From the IMG/VR virus record IMGVR_UViG_3300030397_000826, positions 1 to 40,952 of that record: DNA of 40,952 nt. One strand, written 5' to 3'. The notes below the pieces were generated by a model. It did no database searches, was not told where the DNA came from, and saw nothing but the letters and a program-made list of their open reading frames with translations. The DNA comes from a virus (lineage: Duplodnaviria > Caudoviricetes). Both the position numbers and the translations under genes were made by a program. Shown here piece after piece: positions 25,833 through 34,748 of the stretch; position 1 is the stretch's first letter, and every line of letters starts with the position of its first letter.

Positions 25833-26205
25833 TTTTTTCCTCAGGCGAGACGTGGTTGTTGGCGAAACACTTCTCGACCAGCTCGCGGGCCTCAGGAAAC
25901 CCGAGCACCAGCTCAAAGTTCTCGTGCGCGAACTCGATCTCGACAGGGTTGTCAGGATCCCGCTCGTCAACCATGTTGGTCCAGCCGACGACGACCTTTT
26001 TGAGCTGTTCGATGTTCTCCTTAAACATCTGCTGACCTGTAAGGTCCTGTCTTTCGCGCCAGCTCTGGATGGTTTCCATCAGCGGAATCTGGTCCCGCAT
26101 CGAAAGAGCCAGGACGAAAAATGTCGGCCTCGACTCCTCGGGTTTATGTTGGTCGGAGTCAAGAACGATCGGGAACCGCTGATTGGGCTCGAGGCATTTG
26201 GGCAT
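25810..26205 (-). CDS. Tail assembly chaperone (gpG-like)
   Basis: Lies between tube and tape measure; VVGWTNM motif; ends EEKKSSESQP over a slippery A9 run. Confidence 0.8.
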   Translation of the reverse strand: MPKCLEPNQRFPIVLDSDQHKPEESRPTFFVLALSMRDQIPLMETIQSWRERQDLTGQQMFKENIEQLKKVVVGWTNMVDERDPDNPVEIEFAHENFELVLGFPEARELVEKCFANNHVSPEEKKSSESQP

Positions 26206-27161
26206 TATGGGGCTCCGAATGTGATGGTCAGTTCATCGTCTCCTGCAGAGCCTGATTTATTGCATTGGAACTCCACCTCGTCAATCTGCTGCCCGTTTCG
26301 CTCCCCTGGTTGAATGTTGAACCGCTGCAGTTTCGGAGCAGCGATTGTAATCTCGTCGGTTCCATCCCCCACAGGAATCGAAAGGGCCTCCTCGGTTCCT
26401 GCCAGCCACTTCCCAAACACGTCGTTGGTCGCAACGAGCACGGACTCTGGGTTCATCGTTCCATTGACTCTGCGACCAGTGATCAGCCCAGATTTGTATC
26501 CGCTCTCGTCCGTGGGGCAGGTTCGCATGAAGATCTCGTTCCCGAAGTCCAGTTCGATCTGCTCCATGCAGGCTGGGGTCGCACCACCGATGGTAAGCGC
26601 GCTGCTGGCAAAACGGAGGGGGGTGATGCTCGGATCGGTGCTGGTCAGCAGGCTGGCATCCGTGACCGGATCCCAAATCCCGATAAAGGTGAAGTCCAGC
26701 ATGATGATTTTCCCGGAGGGCATCGTTATCCGGCAGTTTCCGACAGCCCCACGAATCCGCTTGAAAACCCCGTCCTCATACTTTCCGATTGTCAGGGTCC
26801 GCACTGCGGTCGCATCTGAGCCCCCTGTGGGGGACGTGGTGCTCACGGTGTAGACAATTGGCCCAACCCCCGACTGGATCAAACCGCAGCCAGGAAGGAA
26901 GGTCGAGGCCCAGAGAGGAACGGAGGAGCCTCCCGATCCATCCCCCACCAGCTGAATCTGGAAGGTCGCGGTTCCCATTCGGGCTCCCGGGACTCCCGCC
27001 AATTGCGAGAAGGCCTTTTGCCCTTGGCGCTGCTCCATTTCGATCGTTGGAGCAATTTCGGCATTGAACACATTGAAGCCTGCCTGAGCAGCGAGGAGCG
27101 TCTCAGCGGTCCCCACGGTCCCCTCGACCTTGGCAGCCAGAATTGATTTCTTCTTCAACAT
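26205..27161 (-). CDS. Major tail tube protein
   Basis: ILAAKVEGTVGT, TLTIGKYEDG, IRGAVG, ELDFGNEI, ITGRRVNGTMNPE, IAAPKLQ, DDELTITF. Confidence 0.8.
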   Translation of the reverse strand: MLKKKSILAAKVEGTVGTAETLLAAQAGFNVFNAEIAPTIEMEQRQGQKAFSQLAGVPGARMGTATFQIQLVGDGSGGSSVPLWASTFLPGCGLIQSGVGPIVYTVSTTSPTGGSDATAVRTLTIGKYEDGVFKRIRGAVGNCRITMPSGKIIMLDFTFIGIWDPVTDASLLTSTDPSITPLRFASSALTIGGATPACMEQIELDFGNEIFMRTCPTDESGYKSGLITGRRVNGTMNPESVLVATNDVFGKWLAGTEEALSIPVGDGTDEITIAAPKLQRFNIQPGERNGQQIDEVEFQCNKSGSAGDDELTITFGAP

Positions 27162-27724
27162 TAGATCGCTCCTGATTTCTTAAGATGTAAGTAGCGGATT
27201 CGCTCAGCCAACTGTTTCTCCAGCTCGATCCTGGCGACCATCAACACGATTAGCATCAGGTCGTTCTTGACGAAGACTCCGTAAGGCGACACACCGTAGA
27301 CCTGGCGAATTGGCAGCCGAGCCTTGACCACTCGCTTGAAGACGCGTCCCTTCCATTTCACGTTTTGAACCCCGGGTCGAGGCCCCTGGAATCCTCCAGG
27401 CAGCAGCTTGCGACCTTTGGTTTTGCTGATCTTGTAGGTGACACCTTTCTTGGTCTGTTTGGCCTTGAACTCTTTCAACGGAATCCGCTTTGTTTTTTTG
27501 ACTTTGACAACGACTGCGGAGGGTTGTTTGCGGTCGATCGTCACCTGAGCCTTCACAACGCTCTGCTTGACATTCAGCTCCTTGGTAATTTCCTTGGCGA
27601 CCGTCGATTTAACCTTCTGTCCGGTTTTCCAGGCAACGACCCCCAGCTCCTTCGACAGGTTGTCTGCCAGGTTCGTTAAACCCTTGATCAGGGAGGTCGC
27701 GTCCATTGTTACCAAAGCAGTCAT
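27161..27724 (-). CDS. Tail completion protein (lambda gpZ-like)
   Basis: Very basic; IPLKEFKAKQTKKGVTYKI, GRVFKRV..ARLPI; expected position. Confidence 0.75.
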   Translation of the reverse strand: MTALVTMDATSLIKGLTNLADNLSKELGVVAWKTGQKVKSTVAKEITKELNVKQSVVKAQVTIDRKQPSAVVVKVKKTKRIPLKEFKAKQTKKGVTYKISKTKGRKLLPGGFQGPRPGVQNVKWKGRVFKRVVKARLPIRQVYGVSPYGVFVKNDLMLIVLMVARIELEKQLAERIRYLHLKKSGAI

Positions 27725-28209
27725 AATCGAGCTGTGTACTCGTCTCCTTCGTTGTGCCTGTAAAACACGTGCAGCACCAGTTTGAGCCCATGAACCCCGC
27801 CACCTGCATCCAGCTTTTCTGAACCAGCAAACTCGGAGTTGAAGGCCAGGTTGTTCCAGCCTTGCCAGTTGGCCGATGGCTGAGCGATCGCGGTTTGCAT
27901 GTCAGCTCTGGCAAAGTTCAGTGTTTGATCGAGTTCGGTCGGATCATCCTCACTCGTCATTGCAATAAAAATGCAGTGGAAGGGCTGCTTCCAGGCAATG
28001 GCGGGTGGGTTCCCAGCACAGTCAGAATCCGGGATCCGCTCCGGGTCCGGCTGGGTGATGATAATTTGGCGATCCTTGGGCTCCGCCTTGTTGTTACGCC
28101 TTGAGCGGTAGACTTCCGAAACCTTGGTGTTGAGGGTCAGACCAGCAGCCATCTTCCCGAGGCGAGCCTCGAGTTGCTGAGCGATTCGTTCAATGACTGG
28201 ATAACCCAT
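27721..28209 (-). CDS. Tail terminator/neck protein (gpU-like position)
   Basis: VIERIAQQLEARL start, YRHNEGDEY end; synteny. Confidence 0.65.
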   Translation of the reverse strand: MGYPVIERIAQQLEARLGKMAAGLTLNTKVSEVYRSRRNNKAEPKDRQIIITQPDPERIPDSDCAGNPPAIAWKQPFHCIFIAMTSEDDPTELDQTLNFARADMQTAIAQPSANWQGWNNLAFNSEFAGSEKLDAGGGVHGLKLVLHVFYRHNEGDEYTARL

Positions 28210-28574
28210 CAGTACACCAACAAAACAAGCATCGCATGGTCCTGACTGACGATGTCCACGATGGATCGCCTCTCAGCAGCCTCACCATTCCGCACTGACA
28301 GGGTGATCTGATCCCCTCCGAGATCCAGCTCCGCGCTCGAGATGCCACTTGTAGCGTCGTTGTCCACATGGACCTCGCAGGCTTGCACCTCGACCTCTCC
28401 GACCTTCTGCATCACAGTGATCGTTTGCCGAAATACCTGGGCATCGATCGACCGATCTACGGGAGCGGACTCCCCGTGACCCTGGTGGGGGTGGTAGGTG
28501 ATCGACTCGGCAAAGTCGTCTGTTCTCAAGAAGACCAGTTCCGAATCTGCCGAGATTTGATCACGCAATGTCAT
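28209..28574 (-). CDS. Head-tail joining protein (gpFII-like)
   Basis: MTLRDQISAD...VFL.TDDFAESITY; synteny. Confidence 0.7.
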   Translation of the reverse strand: MTLRDQISADSELVFLRTDDFAESITYHPHQGHGESAPVDRSIDAQVFRQTITVMQKVGEVEVQACEVHVDNDATSGISSAELDLGGDQITLSVRNGEAAERRSIVDIVSQDHAMLVLLVY

Positions 28575-28597
28575 CTGAGGAGCATCCTCTCCTCAGT

Positions 28598-29275
28598 CTA
28601 AGCAGCGGTTCTTCGCGATACGATCCGCACGTAATCGATCACGACACTGTCGGTTGACGTGGCTGCGGTCTTCTGCAGCTGCACGATCGGTTGCAGGCCT
28701 GCCGAATAGTTCGACATGTCAAACGTTGTGCCTGAGGCGACCCGAGCTCCGTCGATGTAGAACTTGACGTCCGATTTTCCTCCCGAGAAGTCGATCAGGC
28801 ATCGTTTATATGCGTTGATCAAAGTCTTTCCGGTCGCCACATCGTCGTTGTTGTTCGTTCCATCGTCGGTTTCAACAACCACTGCAGTCGTTGAGTCCGC
28901 TCCGATCACTCGGAAGAGCGCATGCTCAGCGATCGAGTCGGGATCGTCGTTCCTGGCTGAACCCAAGCCAAACGCCAGGGAGGTCGCAGCATTCACGGAT
29001 GCTTGACCCATCTTGATAAAGAACTCGATGCTCACCAGCAGGTCGATGTCAAAATTCAAATCGTCTCCCATGTGGAGGCAGACGTTTTGCACTTCGTTCG
29101 TGTTGTCGTGAGCCAGGGTCGCCTCGCCGTTGATCCCCCCGCGAGTGTACGTTGGGGTTCCAGCGGACGAGGTGTCGTCGATTAGCCACGGGTCATTTTC
29201 GGATACAGTCGCACCGAAGGAACCGTGGCCGATGAAATCGTCGACCCAGTCAACAAAATCTAAAATTCGGTCCAT
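28598..29275 (-). CDS. Capsid decoration/cement-like beta-sandwich protein
   Basis: Directly after the capsid gene; DDF.G, VETDDGT, VKFYIDG, LQPIVQ, IDYV; start ATG 29275. Confidence 0.6.
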   Translation of the reverse strand: MDRILDFVDWVDDFIGHGSFGATVSENDPWLIDDTSSAGTPTYTRGGINGEATLAHDNTNEVQNVCLHMGDDLNFDIDLLVSIEFFIKMGQASVNAATSLAFGLGSARNDDPDSIAEHALFRVIGADSTTAVVVETDDGTNNNDDVATGKTLINAYKRCLIDFSGGKSDVKFYIDGARVASGTTFDMSNYSAGLQPIVQLQKTAATSTDSVVIDYVRIVSRRTAA

Positions 29276-29363
29276 TTGAGTTGTCTCCAAGGTTGGTGTT
29301 TCAAAAAAAAACGTGTTTGTTTCAAAAACAGCGCGGTTATTTCAGGTCGCCACCCCTGGGAGA

Positions 29364-31691
29364 CTAGGCTCCGTCGTTTTTGTAGAGCCCGACGTGGTCG
29401 ATGCCCTTGGTACCGAAGGTCTGACGGATCTTGTGATCCATTACATCCTTCTTGAAGTTCCACTCGTTCTCGAGCACAGGAGTTTCCTCACCTTGCAGGA
29501 ACGAGAGTTCAACCGTGTCGACCTGTCCGAACGCAGCAGCCAGATACCAGGCAGTCGTGCTGTTTCCATCCAGCTCAGGCTCACCCACGACCGTCAGTCG
29601 TCGTCGACCTTGAGGCCCATAGAGGTTTGCCTTGTTGGAGTTGCCAGGGTTCGATCCGCCTGCGTCAGGATCAGCCATCGATGTGACCATCACTTCGGCA
29701 GTCGCTTCGATCGCAGCTGGTACGATCAAGAACCGCGGAATCACTCGAATCTTGGTGGTGCCGTCAAGGCCGGTCTGGATCCGCATCGCTGCATAGGCTG
29801 CGTCCAGGGTGGTCGCTGAAATGGCCCCACCTGAACCCGCGAGGTTCCCGTGGCTTGCATGGAACAAGGCGATGTTATCACTGAGCGGATCGTTATCCGT
29901 CAGGATCGCATAAACGTGCTTGTTCTGAGTCCTGCGAGCTGAGGCTCCATGCATCTGAGGGACTCGGCTGATCGCGTCAAGATCATCCCCGACGATGGTT
30001 TCCCAGGTGACAGAAAACAGTCGACCGAACTTTTCGACCGAGTAGCTTTCTTTCTTATCCGTGGTCTTACCTTCAGGATAATCGTGGTTTTCTGGAACAA
30101 CTTCGAGATCAGGCGAATCGCTGTAGCGGATCCGATTGATGTTCTTGAAGTCCGGGACCGAGGGTGCCTGACGCGCCCAGATTCGCCACGTGTAGTCAGC
30201 TTCTTCGTAGCCCGCCAGCAGCGTTTTATTGGCTGCGTCGAGCATCAGGTTCGGGAGCATGCCCGTGGTGTGCCAGGCCTCACCCGCGCGCTGGAGTTGG
30301 CCTGTGTGGTACAGCCGGTTCAGCGTACCAGGATGCCCCAGAGCAGCCATCGCAATGTCGCGCTTGGTCATCCTCTGGGTGCGGACCCCCCCGCGCCGAA
30401 GGATGTCTTCAGCCATCCTGAACAGGTCAAAATAGATGAAGTCATCGTGGCCCCGAGCTGGCTTGCGACCACCAAACGGATCGATCCGAGTTTTGCCTGG
30501 CTCAGGCGGGATCGCGTTCATGGCGCGGAGAATGAGACCATCGCGCATCGCAGCATGGTACTTGTCATCTCGGCTGGCTGTGACTTCGATCCGATCGTAG
30601 CCACCTCCTCCGACTGGTTTATTCGACATGCGTTTAAGCACTACCTTTCTGGCTTCGTTGAGGGACGTACCATTGTCGCAGAGCTGATCAGCGAATGATC
30701 GCTGCAAACCAGCCTTCTTGACGATGGCGCGAATTTCCTTTCTACGAGCAGCATCCTGCCGAATGATGCGGCGAACCTCGTCCGCGCTGGTGCCCTGGGC
30801 CCGCTCGGTAGTTTCGTCGTCGTCGGACGGGTCCTCGTCCTCTCGGGACGTGTCATCATCCCCGGGGTCGTCATCTTCCTCGCGGGAAGTGTCGTCGTCA
30901 TCTTCATCGGTAGAGGAGTCGTCAGTCGAGGTGTCGTCCTCGTCCTCTTGGTGCTCCAGCATCCATTCGATCGCTTCATTTGCGTCGTCGATCGAGTCAG
31001 GCATGCCCTGTGCGACCAGTGCGTCTCTCGTTTCGGTTTTCATCCGTTCGATGCCTCCAAATGGGATTTGATAGCTGCGCAGCAATTGTCTAACGGTCGA
31101 CGTTGGATCTGCCCCCGCTGCGACCAAGGAGGCATCTGTCGGAGTCCATCGGGTAATCACCTCGGCCGGCCCAGAGTACGTGACTCCTTCGACCTCCTCG
31201 GTCTGATCCCCGTTGATTCGGATTGATTCGATGGGTGTGGCTGTGATTGAAAAGTCTCTCAGGTGCCCGTCGAGCAGTTTGTCAAATGCGTCCTGGCTGG
31301 CCTGATCTCGAGCTGGCATCGCCTTACCACCAGCCTCTCCGTTTCCGGTCCCGATTCCTCGAACACTGCCGAGGACGTTTCTGACGGTCGATCGGTCGTG
31401 CGAATCGACGATGGGGAGCTGGGGGTGGTCTGGATCCCGTAGTTCCATCCCGCTCATCAGCAGGATCTCGTCGTAGACCTCGTTGCGATCCCAATCAAAT
31501 CGCTGAACTGGGTTTTCGGTCGCGATCACGACATCGACGGTTTTGGATTTTGGATCCTTGGTTCCTTCCCGAATTGTGACTTCCCGCATCACCATCCGCT
31601 GGGGGTCGACCGAGTCACTCTTCCAGGATTTCAGCTTGCGCCTTCGCTCGGGCTTGGGACTGTTGGTTCGTCGTCGTTTAGATCGCGCCAT
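29364..31691 (-). CDS. Prohead protease-major capsid protein fusion
   Basis: N-terminal protease (ATENPV, PIVDSH, GHLRDFSIT, RWTPTDASLVAAGADP), acidic linker, capsid domain (DAANKTLLAGY, VPDFK, KFGRLFSVTWETIVGDDL, PRFLIVP, WYLAA, FLQGEETP, GLYKNDGA). Confidence 0.9.
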   Translation of the reverse strand: MARSKRRRTNSPKPERRRKLKSWKSDSVDPQRMVMREVTIREGTKDPKSKTVDVVIATENPVQRFDWDRNEVYDEILLMSGMELRDPDHPQLPIVDSHDRSTVRNVLGSVRGIGTGNGEAGGKAMPARDQASQDAFDKLLDGHLRDFSITATPIESIRINGDQTEEVEGVTYSGPAEVITRWTPTDASLVAAGADPTSTVRQLLRSYQIPFGGIERMKTETRDALVAQGMPDSIDDANEAIEWMLEHQEDEDDTSTDDSSTDEDDDDTSREEDDDPGDDDTSREDEDPSDDDETTERAQGTSADEVRRIIRQDAARRKEIRAIVKKAGLQRSFADQLCDNGTSLNEARKVVLKRMSNKPVGGGGYDRIEVTASRDDKYHAAMRDGLILRAMNAIPPEPGKTRIDPFGGRKPARGHDDFIYFDLFRMAEDILRRGGVRTQRMTKRDIAMAALGHPGTLNRLYHTGQLQRAGEAWHTTGMLPNLMLDAANKTLLAGYEEADYTWRIWARQAPSVPDFKNINRIRYSDSPDLEVVPENHDYPEGKTTDKKESYSVEKFGRLFSVTWETIVGDDLDAISRVPQMHGASARRTQNKHVYAILTDNDPLSDNIALFHASHGNLAGSGGAISATTLDAAYAAMRIQTGLDGTTKIRVIPRFLIVPAAIEATAEVMVTSMADPDAGGSNPGNSNKANLYGPQGRRRLTVVGEPELDGNSTTAWYLAAAFGQVDTVELSFLQGEETPVLENEWNFKKDVMDHKIRQTFGTKGIDHVGLYKNDGA

Positions 31692-33345
31692 TGGTGATCG
31701 CCTCCCCCTGTTGTGAAGCATTGGCCTCAGCAGTGGTCTGAGCAGCCTCGGCTGTAGTGGTCGCTGCCTGAGCCCCTTGGACCTCCGCAGTCATCGTGGC
31801 AGCGTTCAGTGCATTGGGCGAAATCAGCTTCAACTTCCGCAGCAGCTGTTCTTCCTTCGCGCGCTGCTTGAACAGTCGTCTCCAGTTGCCTCGACGGTTT
31901 CCGATTTCGGCCTGGTAGGTGGACTGGAACCCGTCAATCGCTCCCTGGCTCGAGGCCTGATCAGCCTGAGGATCGACCCACTCCCACATTGGCGTTTGCC
32001 ATTCGACCGGAGCGTACTTGTCGAAATCAGAGTCCAGTTCGACCACGGACGGGAAGTCTGGGTGCCCGATCATCGCTGCAGCCTCAACAAACCACTCCCA
32101 GACCGGCTGACACATGTGGCAGACGTCATAATCCTGCCACTCGCGGAATCGTCGACGGTCCTCAAGCTGGCTTGCGCGGTTGGAGCTGTAGGATGTTTGG
32201 CTGAAGTCTCGAGCCACCAGTTCAAAACTGAGCCCTGTCCCGACCGCGATCCCTCTCAGCATCAGGTTGATCCAGGGAGCTGCATTTGAGTTCGGCCGGT
32301 TTGGATTAGCGATTTCCACACCATCCTCGTGGCCGATCTTCATAATCATGGCTGGTTCCATGAACGCGTACTCGTTCCCAGCTGAGTCTGACGTGTCAGC
32401 TCCGGTCGACAACGGTTTCAATCCGGTACCTCGAGCACCTTTGGTTTTCCAGAAGGCTGTGAAGCAGGAGGCAACCGCTGAGGCCTGCATTTCGTTCTCG
32501 ATGTAGATGCCGAGCGTCCGTAGCATCTCAACGATCGGAGCGTACCAGGTAACTCCGCGGCTCTGGCCGATTCGTTCCTGGCGAAACAGGTGGATCACAT
32601 CTTCTGCCGGCAGTCTGACTGGCTCACGGTCAAAGGTGTGGGGAGCGGTCGGGTGGTCCTTGTAGACCCAGTAGGCGAGGACCGTACCATCCTCGTCCAT
32701 CTCGATCCCTCGCACGATTCTGACATCGCTGCTTCCAGGACGAGAGATGTAGGTGTCCTTGTCATAAGCGATGCGATCGGCCTCGATCATTTCAAGCGCA
32801 AGAGGAACTGGTCGGTACTTGCCCTTGTGGATTCGGCCCTTGAGTTTGATCCGATGAATGAGGCATTCACCAGCCTCGACCTGCTCACGACGACCAAGTC
32901 GCTGCATCTCATGGAAGTGCAGCTTGCCACGGATGTCGCAGACCTTGCACCAGTCCTCCCAGACCTTCTCGCGTCGTTCGTTCTTCTCTTCCTCGTCCTC
33001 ACCATCGGCATTCTCAAGCATCGAGTGAGCTACGATCCCGGTGCCGATAACACTGCTGACGATGGTCTCGACCACTCCTCGCGCGTATGGGTTGTCCCGG
33101 ACCAGCATCCGCACCCAGGCTCTCAACGCATCGGCTCCCCAAGGACCTGCGTTTTCCTGATCAGCAGATCGGTTCTGAGGCTTCTTGTGGCTGTTGAGAC
33201 GGTTGGTTTCAGCGCCTGCGTATCGCTTGAGGGCCAGCCGTGCCTGAGCCCGTTCTAGCGCGCGACCTGGAGCAAAGGTCCGAACGATCCCGTCAACCAC
33301 TGCTGCCGGGAACGAGGCGATTGATTGGAGTGCTCGTTCGATCAC
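31678..33345 (-). CDS. Portal protein, lambda family
   Basis: LVRDNPYA, LEMIEADRI, GIEMDEDG..LAYW, VIHLFRQERIGQSRGV, SYSSNRAS, WEWVDP. Confidence 0.95.
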   Translation of the reverse strand: MIERALQSIASFPAAVVDGIVRTFAPGRALERAQARLALKRYAGAETNRLNSHKKPQNRSADQENAGPWGADALRAWVRMLVRDNPYARGVVETIVSSVIGTGIVAHSMLENADGEDEEEKNERREKVWEDWCKVCDIRGKLHFHEMQRLGRREQVEAGECLIHRIKLKGRIHKGKYRPVPLALEMIEADRIAYDKDTYISRPGSSDVRIVRGIEMDEDGTVLAYWVYKDHPTAPHTFDREPVRLPAEDVIHLFRQERIGQSRGVTWYAPIVEMLRTLGIYIENEMQASAVASCFTAFWKTKGARGTGLKPLSTGADTSDSAGNEYAFMEPAMIMKIGHEDGVEIANPNRPNSNAAPWINLMLRGIAVGTGLSFELVARDFSQTSYSSNRASQLEDRRRFREWQDYDVCHMCQPVWEWFVEAAAMIGHPDFPSVVELDSDFDKYAPVEWQTPMWEWVDPQADQASSQGAIDGFQSTYQAEIGNRRGNWRRLFKQRAKEEQLLRKLKLISPNALNAATMTAEVQGAQAATTTAEAAQTTAEANASQQGEAITNGAI

Positions 33346-33557
33346 CTGCTGGGCCCTTGGAATTTCGCCAATGTGATGCTCCCCCCAGCCGCATCATCGA
33401 CCTCGGCCTTGAGCAGCCTCCGCTCCTCGTAGAGCGTAGCCAGGTCCAGGCGGGTCACGGTTCGCGCCCCGATCGAGTAGGACGAATGCTGACCCGTATG
33501 CAGGGCTGTGATCGCGGTCTCGATCTGATCTAGCAAAACTGAGGGATCTAGTGCCAT
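33342..33557 (-). CDS. Head completion protein gpW-like
   Basis: IETAITAL..G..SSYSIGARTVTRLDLATL...RRLL; lies between terL and portal. Confidence 0.85.
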   Translation of the reverse strand: MALDPSVLLDQIETAITALHTGQHSSYSIGARTVTRLDLATLYEERRLLKAEVDDAAGGSITLAKFQGPSR

Positions 33558-33566
33558 AATCGCGAA

Positions 33567-33651
33567 TCATATCGGCAAATTGGGCGATCTGAGATTTCTG
33601 CGTACAATCCCGTGGATTTTGCCGATAATTTGACTAGCATTCGAAATGCTA
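33567..33651. promoter_or_regulatory. Divergent control region with inverted repeats
   Basis: TATCGGCAAA (33570-79) / TTTGCCGATA (33618-27); palindrome TAGCATT-CGA-AATGCTA (33635-51); minus-strand TATGAT a few nt before the gpW ATG. Confidence 0.5.
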
Positions 33652-33724
33652 CAAACGGCCTTGATTTGGGGCCTCGCTGATTGGAACCCAGCGTTATTCA
33701 CCAGCTTTTTTTCAGGAGAAAATC

Positions 33725-33907
33725 ATGGCAAAGATGATTTCTAAGGATCACGAAACGATCGTGACCGTGACCGGTTCTGGCGACGACGACGATACTTTTT
33801 CTGGCCAGGCTGACGATGGCGAGCATCGATCTGACTGGCTCGCGGACGAGTACGATCCGATCGAATCGGCTGAGGGTTGCGAATGCCCATTCTGCCTCAG
33901 TCGCTAA
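33725..33907 (+). CDS. Small acidic protein with C-terminal CxCxxC
   Basis: CAGGAG RBS; ends GCECPFCLSR. Confidence 0.7.
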   Translation: MAKMISKDHETIVTVTGSGDDDDTFSGQADDGEHRSDWLADEYDPIESAEGCECPFCLSR

Positions 33908-33916
33908 GTAACAACC

Positions 33917-33949
33917 AGCCTTGGGGGCTCCGCGCCCCCTGGCTTTTTT
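33917..33949 (+). terminator. Rho-independent terminator
   Basis: AGCC..GGGGGC-TCCGC-GCCCCC.GGCT followed by a T-run. Confidence 0.7.
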
Positions 33950-33998
33950 GGCTGACTGGAACCCAGCCCTTTTTTTCACCACCTTTCAGGAGCTACTA

Positions 33999-34643
33999 AT
34001 GAACGAAACGCTTACCAAAATCGCCAAAGACCACCTTGACCTCGAGACCCTTGTAACCCGAGGCTCTGATCGCCTGGATTTTCAGCCTTGCTGGGTCGGG
34101 CACATCGCTGAGGCCCTGCAGGAGGCCTTCCTGTCGGGATCCATGTTCGCGGGGGTCGCACTCGCCTCACGAATGAGCAGGGAGAATCTCGCCCACGTAC
34201 TGAATGCACTGCTCTGCATTGACGACGACGAAAAGGCTGCTGAGGAAGTGATTCAGGCTGGACAGATCGTATTTGACAAGATCAGCTCCTTAAGGCCTGA
34301 GGCAGTCGCGATCGCTCAAGGCGCTGGCCCGGACCCACAAAGTGATGCGAACTATATCCGACGTCTAAGGGACAAAATTGGTGAGCTGAGGGCTGACCTT
34401 GACCAATTTAAGGCTAGGTTCGGACCCCTGCCGATCACTCCTGCGGACAAGATTGGCGAGGTGATGGCTGGCTTGAGCCCATCCGAACTCGCTGATCAGC
34501 AGTGGAAGGACCTAGTCGGTCTCCTTGAGTCAGGCGAGGCCAAACCGTCAGACTTTGCGGAATTCTGGGACAACGATTTCGCGATGAAGGTTGCCGACCT
34601 GTGGTGGAATGAGCGAGGCATCGGGCTACGATCGGAAGGGTAA
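33999..34643 (+). CDS. DUF6900-like N-terminal domain protein
   Basis: CAGGAG RBS, ATG 33999; LTKIAKDHLDLETLVTRGSDRLDF...V..I.EAL.EAF..G. Confidence 0.75.
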   Translation: MNETLTKIAKDHLDLETLVTRGSDRLDFQPCWVGHIAEALQEAFLSGSMFAGVALASRMSRENLAHVLNALLCIDDDEKAAEEVIQAGQIVFDKISSLRPEAVAIAQGAGPDPQSDANYIRRLRDKIGELRADLDQFKARFGPLPITPADKIGEVMAGLSPSELADQQWKDLVGLLESGEAKPSDFAEFWDNDFAMKVADLWWNERGIGLRSEG

Positions 34644-34681
34644 ACCGCAATAGCGATCCATCGACACCTGAACTCAGGGTC

Positions 34682-34727
34682 GCCGGTCCCCTGAGGGTGA
34701 AGGTTCCAAGCGGAGACCGGCTTTTTT
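34682..34727 (+). terminator. Terminator-like stem with a competing upstream hairpin
   Basis: GCCGGTC (34682-88)/GACCGGC (34715-21) + T6; CTCAGGG/CCCTGAG encloses the left arm. Confidence 0.45.
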
Positions 34728-34748
34728 CCAAACCATGAAAGGTAGCAA

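Noticed and set aside
29297-29328. Duplicated TGTTTCAAAAA after the capsid gene
   Set aside because: Short, low-complexity and AT-rich; insufficient to call a regulatory site.
21575-33533. Many long plus-strand ORFs antisense to structural genes (e.g. 23391-24266, 29949-30698, 32590-33258)
   Set aside because: Shadow ORFs expected at high GC; they have no motifs or RBS and lie opposite well-supported genes.
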